Shown: positions 38,679-48,625 of the stretch, piece after piece
How the letters are laid out: every line of letters begins with the position of its first letter
Position numbering within the stretch: the stretch's first letter is position 1
IMG/VR virus record: IMGVR_UViG_3300036715_003821
Span: 1-62,028 of that record
DNA: 62,028 nt
From: a virus
Taxonomy: Duplodnaviria > Caudoviricetes
Direction: 5' to 3' (one strand)
The notes under the pieces: generated by a model
The model's database searches: none
Told to the model about the DNA's origin: nothing
The model's input: only the letters and a program-made list of their open reading frames with translations
Program-made: the position numbers and the translations under genes

Positions 38679-38987
38679 ATGAAAACACTTGAAAAATTAA
38701 AGAAACACTTTTACTTTTATCTTTATCTAATTTACTATTTTTTTATTGACCCATTAACTACTGTTGAAACTGGAGAGTTGATGGTTTCTGGAGAAGACTT
38801 TGCGGTATTTGAATTAAAAGAATGTCCAAAGAAAATAGAACTGCATTTTGATAAACATTTTGATCATTGCCAAACACCTTGTGATTATTCAGAATCTGAA
38901 CTTGATTATGTGATAAAACATAAAAAGCTAATCATTGAATGGAAGGTTGTTGGCGTAAGGAAGATCAAATGGAAAATCATTTACTGA
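38679..38987 (+). CDS. hypothetical protein
   Basis: 102-aa ORF heading the + strand glyco cluster. Confidence 0.6.
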   Translation: MKTLEKLKKHFYFYLYLIYYFFIDPLTTVETGELMVSGEDFAVFELKECPKKIELHFDKHFDHCQTPCDYSESELDYVIKHKKLIIEWKVVGVRKIKWKIIY

Positions 38988-39925
38988 AAGTTTTAGTATA
39001 CGGTTTTTATCAGAAAAATAATTTGGGTGATGATTTTTTTGAAGATGCATTTAAATCATTATTTCCATTTTTAAAATTTAAATTCGTAAACGAAATAAAA
39101 TCAAAAGACTTACAAGAATATGATTATGTATTTTTTGGTGGAGGTTCTTTTGTTTATGATCCTATTCAAGTTGAAGATTTTAATTTGCTATTAGATAAAA
39201 ATATATTTTACATTGGAGTTGGTGTGGAGAAAGTTATTCATGAACAACACCAATTGTTAATGCGTAAAGCCAAACTAATTGCAACCCGCTCAAATATGGC
39301 AATATTCGATTTATTAAAGCTAAATAAAAATAGTTTTATTATTCCAGATATTGTTTATGCAATACCACCAACAACATCAAATATAAAAATAAATAAAATT
39401 CTTTATATACCCAATGGTTGTGTGGTTCCTAATAATAAAAGTCCACATTGGATGCATAATTCTTGGAATTATTTTAAATCAGAATTCTCACAATTTCTAG
39501 ATGAAACAAATTTGTCAATAGACATTTTACCCATGTGTGATTCAAAAGATAATAATGATATCGCTGCTGGATATGAAGTTATGAATTTATCCGTAAACAA
39601 AAAATATAATTTACTCGATAAACCATTAAACTTTAAATCAATGACTTATGAAATGAGCAAGTATCCAATAGTCATCACACAAAGATTCCATGGGATTATC
39701 TTATCTGAAATACTTGGTAAAAATTACATAAACATACATCATCATGATAAATTAAAACAAGCAAAGCCACATAGTGGTTCAGCTATTTCTTATTATGGTT
39801 TAACAAAAGATGAAATTTCTTTGAAATTCAATATTGAAAAAAATAAAACAAAAAATCCATTCATAATATCAAATACATTTGAGGATTTGAGTTTCAAAGT
39901 AAAATCAATATTGGAGAGGTTATGA
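38939..39925 (+). CDS. polysaccharide pyruvyl transferase family protein
   Basis: GFYQKNNLGDD, GGGS, IGVGV, IATR, PDIV, RFHG; true start probably MENHLL. Confidence 0.85.
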   Translation: MEGCWRKEDQMENHLLKVLVYGFYQKNNLGDDFFEDAFKSLFPFLKFKFVNEIKSKDLQEYDYVFFGGGSFVYDPIQVEDFNLLLDKNIFYIGVGVEKVIHEQHQLLMRKAKLIATRSNMAIFDLLKLNKNSFIIPDIVYAIPPTTSNIKINKILYIPNGCVVPNNKSPHWMHNSWNYFKSEFSQFLDETNLSIDILPMCDSKDNNDIAAGYEVMNLSVNKKYNLLDKPLNFKSMTYEMSKYPIVITQRFHGIILSEILGKNYINIHHHDKLKQAKPHSGSAISYYGLTKDEISLKFNIEKNKTKNPFIISNTFEDLSFKVKSILERL

Positions 39926-41199
39926 GATTTGCTGGAGTAAAAAATAATAAAATTTTTGTAGTATCCGATAAGCAAATAAATAATTCAAATTATGAAGTTA
40001 TTAAAGTTGATGATCATCTTGATTCTGTAAAAGATGTTGATCTTATTATGAACTACAAAGTATTTGAAAATAAAATAGTACCTCAAAAATCACAAAAACC
40101 ATTATCAGAACTAAAATTTGCATTTATAGGTAATTGGAGAATGAAATGTGGTATCTCTACATATTCAGAAAATCTATTGCCATATATTGTTAAAGAATTT
40201 AAACATTTTAAATTATTTGTTGAAGAAAATGATTCACCAACACATGATATATTTCAAGTTGGTGAATATACTTTGGATAAAGATCAAGTTAGCACTTGTT
40301 GGAAACGCGGAGAATCTTTAAAAAAATTGGTTGATGAAATCAAAAAATACAATCCAGATGTTATTTTAATTCAGCATGAATTTGGATTATGGCACAATGC
40401 AAGATATTGGCTTTCTTTTATGAACCAAATATCTGAGTTTAAAACATTTGTTACTATGCATTCTGTGTTTTATCATAAAGACAAAACAATATGTGAAGCT
40501 GCAATGCCAAATATTATTGTTCATCTTGATGGCGCAAAGAAAGTTTTAAAAGAAGATAAAGGTGTGCCAGGTAATGTATTTGTTATTCCTCATGGTTTTA
40601 ACAAAGCTACAAAAGAAAAGCTATGGAATTTCTATAAAAGTGATAAAACATTTATGCAATTTGGCTTTGGCTTTAGATACAAAGGCTGGGAAAATTGTAT
40701 TAAAGCAACTGCTATTCTAAAAGAAAAATACAAAGATGTTTTTTTTACAGGTTTATTTTCTGAATCACCATTTAATAAATTAGATCATGAATTGTATTAT
40801 AATGACTTGATGGCTTTAATTTCTTCTTTGGGTTTGGAAGAAAATGTTGCTCTTATTCGCGGGTATCAATCCAATGAAACGCTAGACGCGTATCTAAGGA
40901 CGAATCAAGCTTGTGTGTTTCCATATGGCTCTCACCCCGAACATGAGGTTTTTGGAGCCTCTGGGGCAGCAAGAATGGCAATGGCAGCGGGGACCAGCAC
41001 GATCACTTCTTCTATCCATCATTTTGCGGATATTCCTTCTATCAAAGTTGATACAGAAGAAGATATGGCAAATGCTTTATCCACCATCTTTGAATCCAAT
41101 GAAAAAAAGCAAAAACAAATTGATGTACAATTTGAATTTGCTTTAAACAACAGCTGGGAAAAATGCGCTGAAAAATACTTGGATTTGTTCAAATCTTAA
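39922..41199 (+). CDS. glycosyltransferase family 4 (GT-B)
   Basis: CGISTY, QHEFG, IPHG, FGF..YKG, SGA motifs. Confidence 0.85.
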   Translation: MRFAGVKNNKIFVVSDKQINNSNYEVIKVDDHLDSVKDVDLIMNYKVFENKIVPQKSQKPLSELKFAFIGNWRMKCGISTYSENLLPYIVKEFKHFKLFVEENDSPTHDIFQVGEYTLDKDQVSTCWKRGESLKKLVDEIKKYNPDVILIQHEFGLWHNARYWLSFMNQISEFKTFVTMHSVFYHKDKTICEAAMPNIIVHLDGAKKVLKEDKGVPGNVFVIPHGFNKATKEKLWNFYKSDKTFMQFGFGFRYKGWENCIKATAILKEKYKDVFFTGLFSESPFNKLDHELYYNDLMALISSLGLEENVALIRGYQSNETLDAYLRTNQACVFPYGSHPEHEVFGASGAARMAMAAGTSTITSSIHHFADIPSIKVDTEEDMANALSTIFESNEKKQKQIDVQFEFALNNSWEKCAEKYLDLFKS

Positions 41200-41507
41200 A
41201 ATACAAGTTTTTTAATGTCGTATTCCCTTTTATAACCTTGATACAAATTTCTTAAAAATAAACCATCAGAATAATATAAACTGATGGTTATATTTTCATT
41301 ATAATCTTGTATTAGTATGCAATACTTTACTTTATTTATTGTTGCGTAAATTTTGTATTGATTTTCTTTTTCATTGTAAGAAAGAATAGATCCTATAAAG
41401 TGATCTTTTATCTCTTGAGAGATAAAAAGAATGTCTTTTGTTTTCCTCCGACAAGAAAGAAAAATAAAAGACATCACACCAAGTACAAGTAAAAGATAAA
41501 GCATCAC
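41196..41507 (-). CDS. membrane-anchored hypothetical protein
   Basis: Hydrophobic N-terminus. Confidence 0.55.
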   Translation of the reverse strand: MMLYLLLVLGVMSFIFLSCRRKTKDILFISQEIKDHFIGSILSYNEKENQYKIYATINKVKYCILIQDYNENITISLYYSDGLFLRNLYQGYKREYDIKKLVF

Positions 41508-41809
41508 TTAAGAGCTTTAAAGAATCCTTGCACAACAGAAGTTAGTGTGCCAGTAACAGCTTGGTATTGCATTGACTTACCAACATCTTGTCCAAGGGAC
41601 TTTTCTTTGGAAGTTTGCTCAACAAGCTTACCCACACCAAACGCCGCTGCCGCCTTGGTAATACCAGATGCCAAAGTTACTGTAATAACCTTTGGAACAG
41701 GCAATGCATCGGCAACTTTATCCACAGCAAGATGGACAGCTTTGTTTGCTGAACTTGCAGCAAGAGCAGTAGCAGTATCTTTAACCATATTTTTTAGCAT
41801 ATCTTTCAT
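41504..41809 (-). CDS. Ala-rich amphipathic helical protein
   Basis: AGGAG RBS; weak resemblance to 46154..46615. Confidence 0.65.
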   Translation of the reverse strand: MKDMLKNMVKDTATALAASSANKAVHLAVDKVADALPVPKVITVTLASGITKAAAAFGVGKLVEQTSKEKSLGQDVGKSMQYQAVTGTLTSVVQGFFKALK

Positions 41810-41840
41810 AATATTCTCCTATAAATGCCATTAGGCAAAA

Positions 41841-42014
41841 TCATTTCATGTTCTTTGCGTTTTTGCAAATCAAATCTTCAATATCCAAAACCTTTAGACG
41901 CTCTTCTTTTGAAAGAGAATCCTCATTTTTCATGTATTCTTCAAGCGTTTTTGCATGTAGATAGTTTGACATAGTGATGCAAAAATTATTCATATTGATC
42001 ACATTTTTCATCAT
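41841..42014 (-). CDS. hypothetical protein
   Basis: Start at MMKNVINM. Confidence 0.45.
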   Translation of the reverse strand: MMKNVINMNNFCITMSNYLHAKTLEEYMKNEDSLSKEERLKVLDIEDLICKNAKNMK

Positions 42015-42015
42015 A

Positions 42016-42174
42016 TCATTCCCCCTTTTTACACATAAGTTCAATAAAACGCATGGAAACAGCAATACCAATCGCAGGGAGTAATCCTAAATGACCAGGA
42101 AATTTAATAAGTGGAATAACAACAACATTTGCCACAATCAGGATGAAAATAGTATATACAATTGCACGCCACAT
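42016..42174 (-). CDS. small 2-TM membrane protein
   Basis: MWRAIVYTIFILIVANVVVIP.. Confidence 0.55.
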   Translation of the reverse strand: MWRAIVYTIFILIVANVVVIPLIKFPGHLGLLPAIGIAVSMRFIELMCKKGE

Positions 42175-42217
42175 AAATTTCTCTTTTCTTTCTCCCGGCG
42201 AAGTTGCCGACTCCCTT

Positions 42218-42245
42218 ATCATAAGGCGCCCCCAACGTTGCGCAA
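42218..42245 (-). promoter_or_regulatory. sigma70-type promoter
   Basis: TTGCGC-aacgttgggggcgcct-TATGAT, then a CGGC/GCCG hairpin. Confidence 0.75.
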
Positions 42246-42249
42246 GGGG

Positions 42250-42504
42250 TTAGCCGAACATGCTGTATTTTTCCATCACAGAAAATTTTTTCATATCATC
42301 ATCATTTGATACAGAGAAAATTAGTCTACCTTGATAAAGATACAACTTTTTTCCATCTGCATATTCTACGGCTGGTCCATCTTCTCGATGCGCTTTTCCT
42401 TCTATATACCAACGCTTTGTACCATTTTCGTAAACAACAGCTGGTCCATTTTCATTATGCAACACACTGTCCTTAAAATGAGCTTCAATTAATTTTTTAC
42501 TCAT
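42250..42504 (-). CDS. HREDGPA-repeat protein
   Basis: LHNENGPA and AHREDGPA repeats. Confidence 0.75.
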   Translation of the reverse strand: MSKKLIEAHFKDSVLHNENGPAVVYENGTKRWYIEGKAHREDGPAVEYADGKKLYLYQGRLIFSVSNDDDMKKFSVMEKYSMFG

Positions 42505-42505
42505 A

Positions 42506-43351
42506 TCATACTGCCATTGGTGCTTTTAATGGTGGATGTGATTTATAATCTTTTAATACAAAACCAGATAATGGTATTGCTTTCTTACCAAAAACAAGTG
42601 TCTCTAAATCTTCTTTAGATGGTAACATCAATGTTGGAGCTGGCAAATGATCTTTACTAAGTTGCTCTTCCACTTGCTTTACATGATTGGAATAAATATG
42701 AGCATCACCAATAGATTGTATCAAAAACCTTGGTTGGTAACCCGTTAGTTTTCCAACAATATGAGTAAGCAAAGCGTAACTTGCAATATTAAAAGGTGCA
42801 CCTAAAAACAAATCATTAGATCTCATGTAAAAATGACAATCTAACTCATTTGTTTTTGTTACATAAAATTGAAAAGAAATATGACATGGTGGTAATGCAA
42901 CTTCATTCACAAAAACATCAACAGGATTCCAAAATGAAATAAAGTGCCTTCTTGAATAAGGATCTTTTTTTATACAGTCAATAATATTTGATAATTGATC
43001 AAAAGAACCATTACTCCATGATCTTAATTGGACACCATAAACAGGACCTAAGATTGGATTTCCTTTTGCGTTAGCTGTCCAGATGGTTGTTTTGTCTTTT
43101 AGATTTTCTCGCTTATCTTCATAAAGAATTTCTGCCAAACGACGCTCATCATTGCTACCTTCAATAAACCACATCAATTCGCTTACAACAGCTTTCCAAG
43201 CGAGTTTCTTAGTGGTAATGGCTGGGAACCCTTCTCGCAAATCAAAACGCATCTGAGCGCCAAATAAGCCGATTGTACCTGTGTTGGTTCGATCATCACG
43301 AACCTCACCTTCTTCAAGTACTTTTTTTAATAAATCATGATACTCAATCAT
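42506..43351 (-). CDS. thyA: thymidylate synthase
   Basis: DRTNTGT, GPVYG, DPYSRR, ALPPCH, RSND..LGAPFN, DAHIY. Confidence 0.96.
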   Translation of the reverse strand: MIEYHDLLKKVLEEGEVRDDRTNTGTIGLFGAQMRFDLREGFPAITTKKLAWKAVVSELMWFIEGSNDERRLAEILYEDKRENLKDKTTIWTANAKGNPILGPVYGVQLRSWSNGSFDQLSNIIDCIKKDPYSRRHFISFWNPVDVFVNEVALPPCHISFQFYVTKTNELDCHFYMRSNDLFLGAPFNIASYALLTHIVGKLTGYQPRFLIQSIGDAHIYSNHVKQVEEQLSKDHLPAPTLMLPSKEDLETLVFGKKAIPLSGFVLKDYKSHPPLKAPMAV

Positions 43352-43836
43352 TTTCTTCCTTTGTATTTTGAAATTTCAGATTCAAGAAAGTTGTTGTACT
43401 TTTCTAAAATCTCAAAGTTATTTTGCTTTATATATCGCTCAATGCAATACCCAGTAAAATACATAAAAGTACAAATCAATACCCACGGGTTTTGTGCTAT
43501 GAAATCTATCATTTTTTACCCTGTAATTTGTCTAACAATATTTGATTGTGAATGACTTTTTCAGAAATTTCATGTAGTTGTTTATCTAATTTTTTAAATG
43601 TTATTTTACAAATAATAAGATAGATAAAACCAATAATTAAAACTAAGAATATTGATATCATTTAAGAATACTTTCAATGCAAAAAAAAACAATATAGCAT
43701 AAATCATGATACAAGAAGGCGCTATAAATGCAATGCTTTTTATAAATTTTTTCATAGTATGAGTTCTTTAAAAATAAAGAAAACAAGCCAAATATCTATC
43801 AATATAAATATAGACAATATTACATCAACAAATGGA

Positions 43837-44295
43837 TCAGACTTTACGTGGCGGTGGTATTGTTGGGGTTTCTGAGCCGGCATGACGATCCTCAATATTT
43901 TTAATTTCAGATAAAGCTGTTAATTTACAGCCTTCGCAAAATCTTTTTAAAAGCTTTTCTACATTTGGATCTGAATAATTAGAATATTCATTGCATAAAA
44001 ATATGATATCATCATACACATATTTTGCGCCATTGAAATCAAAATTCTCTTTAAGAGTTGTAGCTCTATCAAACAAACGTTTTAAATGATTTATTCTTTT
44101 ATCATGAGTTTCACGATTCAAAATTATCTTTGCATTTGCAATTTCCATTTGTTGAATCTTATCATTCCAATCCACAGATTTCTCTGGTTTTATATCCGAA
44201 AGAAGTGATGAATAATATTCATTCTCTTCTGGTGGTGGAAGAATATTTGCATATTTTTTAGATAATTTTATGGCTAATTTTTGAATCCTACTCAT
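43837..44295 (-). CDS. hypothetical protein, possibly virion-packaged
   Basis: N-terminus MSRIQKLAIKLSKKYA. Confidence 0.65.
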   Translation of the reverse strand: MSRIQKLAIKLSKKYANILPPPEENEYYSSLLSDIKPEKSVDWNDKIQQMEIANAKIILNRETHDKRINHLKRLFDRATTLKENFDFNGAKYVYDDIIFLCNEYSNYSDPNVEKLLKRFCEGCKLTALSEIKNIEDRHAGSETPTIPPPRKV

Positions 44296-44322
44296 TCTTA
44301 AATGAATAAATATGAGTGGTTA

Positions 44323-45216
44323 TTAAATATACTTATTATTCAAGTAACAATATTTTTTATTATTTATCATTGGTTTTGCGTATTTAAAAACTTTACTTGT
44401 ATCAATTTGTGGTGTATTTTGTTTAATATATGGGGTTAAGATATTTTTAATGTGAAAATCAGAAAACATACCATTATCTTTATGAATGTAAAAAATAACA
44501 GCAAATAAATCTGTAATTGAAGATTTTGTAGTTATTTTTGTTTGAAGATTATACAAAGTATTAACATCTAACTCATGAAATTGATCCATTGTTAGTTCAA
44601 GATCAAATTCAGCAAATGAAAAAATTAATTGATAATATTTTTCAAACAACCCACATTCTGGATGTTTTGAGTTTTCTAAAAAACCCTCTTTATTCCTTGT
44701 AAATTTGTCATATTTTGTTTCATTATTTATTTTATATGAAATCATTTGAATAATTCTATATTTAAGAAAATTATCATCTTCTTTCATTATTTTATCAATT
44801 ACATGTAGTAATTTGAAAATTTGCAAATCATGACCTTCATTTTTAAATGATGATAATGACGATATAATGTTATTTATCTTCATATAAAATGATGGCATTT
44901 TTACATGAAATTCCGAGGGCTGTATAGGTGGGCTTAATATATTCTTATTCTTATCCAAATATTTAGATAGATGAATAATCATATCATCATTAAAATTATC
45001 ATACTCTACAATATTATTGAAACTACCAGTAATTTTTACATCTGAAATAATACTAGTACATATTTCATCAATATATGCGTTTAATTCATTGATGTAAGAT
45101 ACTTTAATATCTAGATCAAATCTATTTTTATAATAGATATCTTCTTTCAATATTTTGCGATCATACAATCTAAAATAAGTGTAAATATCTTTTTTTTCTT
45201 TTAATTCATCTACCAT
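44323..45216 (-). CDS. hypothetical protein
   Basis: 297-aa ORF. Confidence 0.65.
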   Translation of the reverse strand: MVDELKEKKDIYTYFRLYDRKILKEDIYYKNRFDLDIKVSYINELNAYIDEICTSIISDVKITGSFNNIVEYDNFNDDMIIHLSKYLDKNKNILSPPIQPSEFHVKMPSFYMKINNIISSLSSFKNEGHDLQIFKLLHVIDKIMKEDDNFLKYRIIQMISYKINNETKYDKFTRNKEGFLENSKHPECGLFEKYYQLIFSFAEFDLELTMDQFHELDVNTLYNLQTKITTKSSITDLFAVIFYIHKDNGMFSDFHIKNILTPYIKQNTPQIDTSKVFKYAKPMINNKKYCYLNNKYI

Positions 45217-45392
45217 TTTCTAAATCCAGTTGTAGCAGAATAAACAAGTACAACTTCTTTATTATTGCCATCATGTTTTTCAATTTGAGATTGAAATCCA
45301 GCTTTTACAGCTATTTTCTTTGCCCCTTCTAATGTATCAGAGCAGTTATCTGAGTAATATGAAAAATTTATGAAATAAACTTTGTAAGTCAT
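45210..45392 (-). CDS. hypothetical protein
   Basis: 60-aa ORF. Confidence 0.6.
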   Translation of the reverse strand: MTYKVYFINFSYYSDNCSDTLEGAKKIAVKAGFQSQIEKHDGNNKEVVLVYSATTGFRKW

Positions 45393-45398
45393 AAAATG

Positions 45399-45425
45399 AA
45401 AAATGGCGGATTTTACTCCGCCATT
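45399..45425 (-). terminator. intrinsic terminator
   Basis: aaaaATGGCGGA tttta c TCCGCCAT. Confidence 0.8.
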
Positions 45426-45431
45426 ATTAAA

Positions 45432-45824
45432 TCAACCGGTTGTGCGGGAGCTTAAAAGAACTTGTTGGTATTTGCGCAAATCCTTTTTGCTAGAAAAAGC
45501 TTTTGAACAACGGCGTGAAAGAACTTTGTGAGACTTAATCTCAGCAAGAATCATTTTTTTCACAAGCTCACCATCATAAGATTCTGGGTAATCCTTAAGA
45601 CCAATCTCTGTAGTAATTGGAATCTTGAAAGATTCTTCTTCCAAACGCTCCATAGCTTGAGACATACCAAGTTGACGGTTGAAAACTTCTTTGTACGACT
45701 TACTGAGTCGGGGAATAGAATATTGATACTGAACTTCCTTATCCACCACTCGATATGCTATGGTGCAAAGAATTGTGCTTTCAGAGTAAAGATTGAATGT
45801 GTAATTTTGTTTTAGCTTTGCCAT
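45432..45824 (-). CDS. hypothetical protein with TIAY..FNR..G..A..RL motif
   Basis: 130-aa ORF with GAGG RBS. Confidence 0.65.
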   Translation of the reverse strand: MAKLKQNYTFNLYSESTILCTIAYRVVDKEVQYQYSIPRLSKSYKEVFNRQLGMSQAMERLEEESFKIPITTEIGLKDYPESYDGELVKKMILAEIKSHKVLSRRCSKAFSSKKDLRKYQQVLLSSRTTG

Positions 45825-46150
45825 GATGAAACCTCTTTAAATGTAATTTGTGGGAAATAAACAATAACTTCGAAACCAATTTGATCCTCAAAACACTGCG
45901 AAAAAGCTTCCCTTAGTTGAGGGATAACCCATTGTATGTTTTTTTGATCAAGTAAAATGCCAGATAAAACTTCACAAAACAAATCTGTTTTGCCTCGTAA
46001 TCCTGGTCCCTTCAATCCAAGGCAGTTTTTACCCTGGAGTGTCTTTGGCGTATAATCAATAAGTTGATATCCAAGATCAAAGAAGAAAGAATGCAAGGAA
46101 GGTAACGCACCTTTAAATTCATCCTCATATTTAGAGGATTCTTTCATCAT
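45812..46150 (-). CDS. hypothetical protein
   Basis: Y..K..QGKNCLG...DQIG..VIVYFP. Confidence 0.65.
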   Translation of the reverse strand: MMKESSKYEDEFKGALPSLHSFFFDLGYQLIDYTPKTLQGKNCLGLKGPGLRGKTDLFCEVLSGILLDQKNIQWVIPQLREAFSQCFEDQIGFEVIVYFPQITFKEVSSWQS

Positions 46151-46153
46151 AAA

Positions 46154-46615
46154 TCACTTATGCTTGTTAGCAGCTTTTTGATCGTCAACCAATTCTGCTT
46201 CCAAAGAAGTTGAAGAACTGGTGCCCTCAGCAATTCGTGCAGTTGCAACAGGTTGTGGCAACTTATCCATTGCAGTGTTGAAAATGGGTAACACGCTCTC
46301 CGCAAGCGCACCAATAAGTGTATTACCAGCCTTGGCGATACCTTCTGTGGCAAACTCATCTGCTAAACGATGCACACGAGGATCCTCAATAGGAGCTTGG
46401 CTTAGTGCCGTACCAATACCAAACGAAACCAATGACAAACCAAGATCCGTCTCAAGAAATGCTTCCAAACCCTTCATGGCATCTGAGGTTGGATTTGCAG
46501 CAGAAAATGCCTTCAAAATAGCAGCACGACCTGCTTTTGAAATTTGATTGCTAGCAACACGGTATTGCGCTTCAATACCAGCAGATTTCGTGAGTTCTTT
46601 TAAATTCTTTTTCAT
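46154..46615 (-). CDS. Ala/Gly-rich helical protein, homologous to the C-terminus of 59706..62028
   Basis: First gene after the promoter at 46647. Confidence 0.75.
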   Translation of the reverse strand: MKKNLKELTKSAGIEAQYRVASNQISKAGRAAILKAFSAANPTSDAMKGLEAFLETDLGLSLVSFGIGTALSQAPIEDPRVHRLADEFATEGIAKAGNTLIGALAESVLPIFNTAMDKLPQPVATARIAEGTSSSTSLEAELVDDQKAANKHK

Positions 46616-46646
46616 ATATTTTCCTTCTGCTCACTTGAGCCTTTGT

Positions 46647-46674
46647 AAGATAACCACCGCGCTACGCTTGTCAA
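46647..46674 (-). promoter_or_regulatory. sigma70-type promoter
   Basis: TTGACA-agcgtagcgcggtggt-TATCTT. Confidence 0.85.
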
Positions 46675-46697
46675 CACAACCCACGCTTTTAACACAC

Positions 46698-46823
46698 TCA
46701 GTCATAACATTCATTTTCAAAAAATTCATAATCATCATCATAATCATAATCATGTTCTTGATCATTATAGTTAACGCAAATTACATCAGAGTCTTCTAAT
46801 ACAACTGAATCAATAATAATCAT
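46698..46823 (-). CDS. tiny acidic peptide, 41 aa
   Basis: MIIIDSVVLEDSDVICVNYNDQEHDYDYDDDYEFFENECYD; ATGA overlap with the ligase stop. Confidence 0.5.
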   Translation of the reverse strand: MIIIDSVVLEDSDVICVNYNDQEHDYDYDDDYEFFENECYD

Positions 46824-47956
46824 TTTTCACCCATCTTTGAAAGAAAAAAGTCAATTAAACTGGTTGGATATCCACCAATATCTTTTTGAGCATCTAAGAA
46901 TTTGTCAAAATCACCATGCTTTAACATACCAAACAAAATATGTTTGTAATTACTATATTTACCGACAACATATAATGCGAATTCTTTTTTATTATTCGGA
47001 TCTGTAGAAGATAAACAATCTTTAAAAGCATCTTTTATTTCATGAGAAATAACAATATACTTTTCTTTTAAAGCCATAAGTTCTTCAAACAAAATCTTTG
47101 GAATCAAAGGCTCCAAATCATCTTCTAGATTGTTGATAATAGCTTGAAGCATATTACGCTTGCTTGAACCAACATTTGATGAAAGATGATGAGCAGCAAC
47201 ATAATTCCCACTTTTAATTTTCACACGCCGAAAATCAGGCGTTAAAATAACAAAACCTTCAGCTTCTTTTGCAGGGCGATTTTCTAAAAATAAAATCAAA
47301 CCTTCCCAATGATCAAAAGAATGTGTCTTTGCTTTTTCTACAGGCAAATCAATTTGTTCAATATCCATTTCTTCCAATGTAATATTAGAACGACAACCTG
47401 TTAAAACAAGTTTTGGATGATCATGCAATACCACGATTTGATTCCATGGACTCAATATTTCAAAAATATACGTATTATTTTTATCTAACAATGACGTAAA
47501 ATCATTGAAGTTCAAATTATTGTACGTTAAACAACGTTCAAATATCTCTCTAAATGTTAGATCTAACTGGTTTTTAATATCTGCATCTGGAGCGGAACGT
47601 GTGGCTACACACCATTGTCCCATATCATAATAAACAATACCACAAGTGCCATCATACTTTTCATAAACCTTAGAAGCTAAAATTTCTTCTTTGGTTGAAA
47701 TGGAGGCGGATCCTTGACCAAAATTAAAGAATCTAAAAAATGGGACAGCAATTGATTTATATTCATTGCCTTCCATGCGAACGATAAGACCACGACATTC
47801 TTGTGCGATTTCATCATCATTGGAAGCTTCCAATGAATCATAATTCAAAGAAATCTTATTATTGCTACCAATACTAAACTCAACTTTATGATCTTCGTAA
47901 AGATCTTCTAAAGATTTTCCAGAGTTTAAATATTGCAATGTTTTTAAAGTTTTCAT
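46820..47956 (-). CDS. T4 Rnl1-like RNA ligase
   Basis: ECRGL, FFRFFN, EKYDGT, FE, EGFV, KIK. Confidence 0.9.
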   Translation of the reverse strand: MKTLKTLQYLNSGKSLEDLYEDHKVEFSIGSNNKISLNYDSLEASNDDEIAQECRGLIVRMEGNEYKSIAVPFFRFFNFGQGSASISTKEEILASKVYEKYDGTCGIVYYDMGQWCVATRSAPDADIKNQLDLTFREIFERCLTYNNLNFNDFTSLLDKNNTYIFEILSPWNQIVVLHDHPKLVLTGCRSNITLEEMDIEQIDLPVEKAKTHSFDHWEGLILFLENRPAKEAEGFVILTPDFRRVKIKSGNYVAAHHLSSNVGSSKRNMLQAIINNLEDDLEPLIPKILFEELMALKEKYIVISHEIKDAFKDCLSSTDPNNKKEFALYVVGKYSNYKHILFGMLKHGDFDKFLDAQKDIGGYPTSLIDFFLSKMGEK

Positions 47957-48303
47957 TGGTCATCCATGTCGTAACTATTGTTTTCTTCTTTTGACCAAAT
48001 CTTCGCGATATCACGATCTTCTTTTGAAGCAAATTGAATTTGTGACTTCACATGCTCAATAAGAGATTCACGATTTTTCAAAGCATCTTTTTTTGGATAC
48101 GTAGAATTGATTAATGCAAATTTCATGCAAAATCGAATTTTTGACTTCATAGACAAAGCAATGATTTCATCAATTTGATCACATTTATTATGCTTAATCA
48201 GATAATTCATTTCCATTAAAACGGATCTACAGCAAGAAATACCAGGGTTTACCCTTCCGTATTCCTCAAACATTTGTACAATTAATTCAGGATCCATTTT
48301 CAA
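47953..48303 (-). CDS. hypothetical protein
   Basis: 116-aa ORF. Confidence 0.6.
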   Translation of the reverse strand: MKMDPELIVQMFEEYGRVNPGISCCRSVLMEMNYLIKHNKCDQIDEIIALSMKSKIRFCMKFALINSTYPKKDALKNRESLIEHVKSQIQFASKEDRDIAKIWSKEENNSYDMDDQ

Positions 48304-48625
48304 TCACCGAAGGAACAATAAACCAACTTTTAACGGGTGATGCTTTTTCATCATGCGTCCATTTTTCTTCATATGCATTATAAGAGTCAATGAATGTTTC
48401 ATTATTTTCCGTGGTGGAAACAAACTTAAAGTAAGGTGGAGCCCAAGAAGGAATTGGGTCAAGACTATCCAAAATGTCAACGTGCTCTGCACGGAAATAA
48501 TTAATGGAATAATCTTCACCTTGACAAAAGAAAACACGAGTTGGAGAATCATATTCCAAAACATAATAATGTTTGTTATCCTGCTGATGCTTTACAACAA
48601 TCGCTTCTTCTGGTTTTGCTTTCAT
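48287..48625 (-). CDS. hypothetical protein
   Basis: GAGG RBS, first gene after a promoter. Confidence 0.65.
   Translation of the reverse strand: MKAKPEEAIVVKHQQDNKHYYVLEYDSPTRVFFCQGEDYSINYFRAEHVDILDSLDPIPSWAPPYFKFVSTTENNETFIDSYNAYEEKWTHDEKASPVKSWFIVPSVIENGS

Noticed and set aside
43348-43830. Cluster of tiny hydrophobic ORFs as a holin cassette
   Set aside because: Boundaries are ambiguous and there is no adjacent endolysin, so they are left uncalled.
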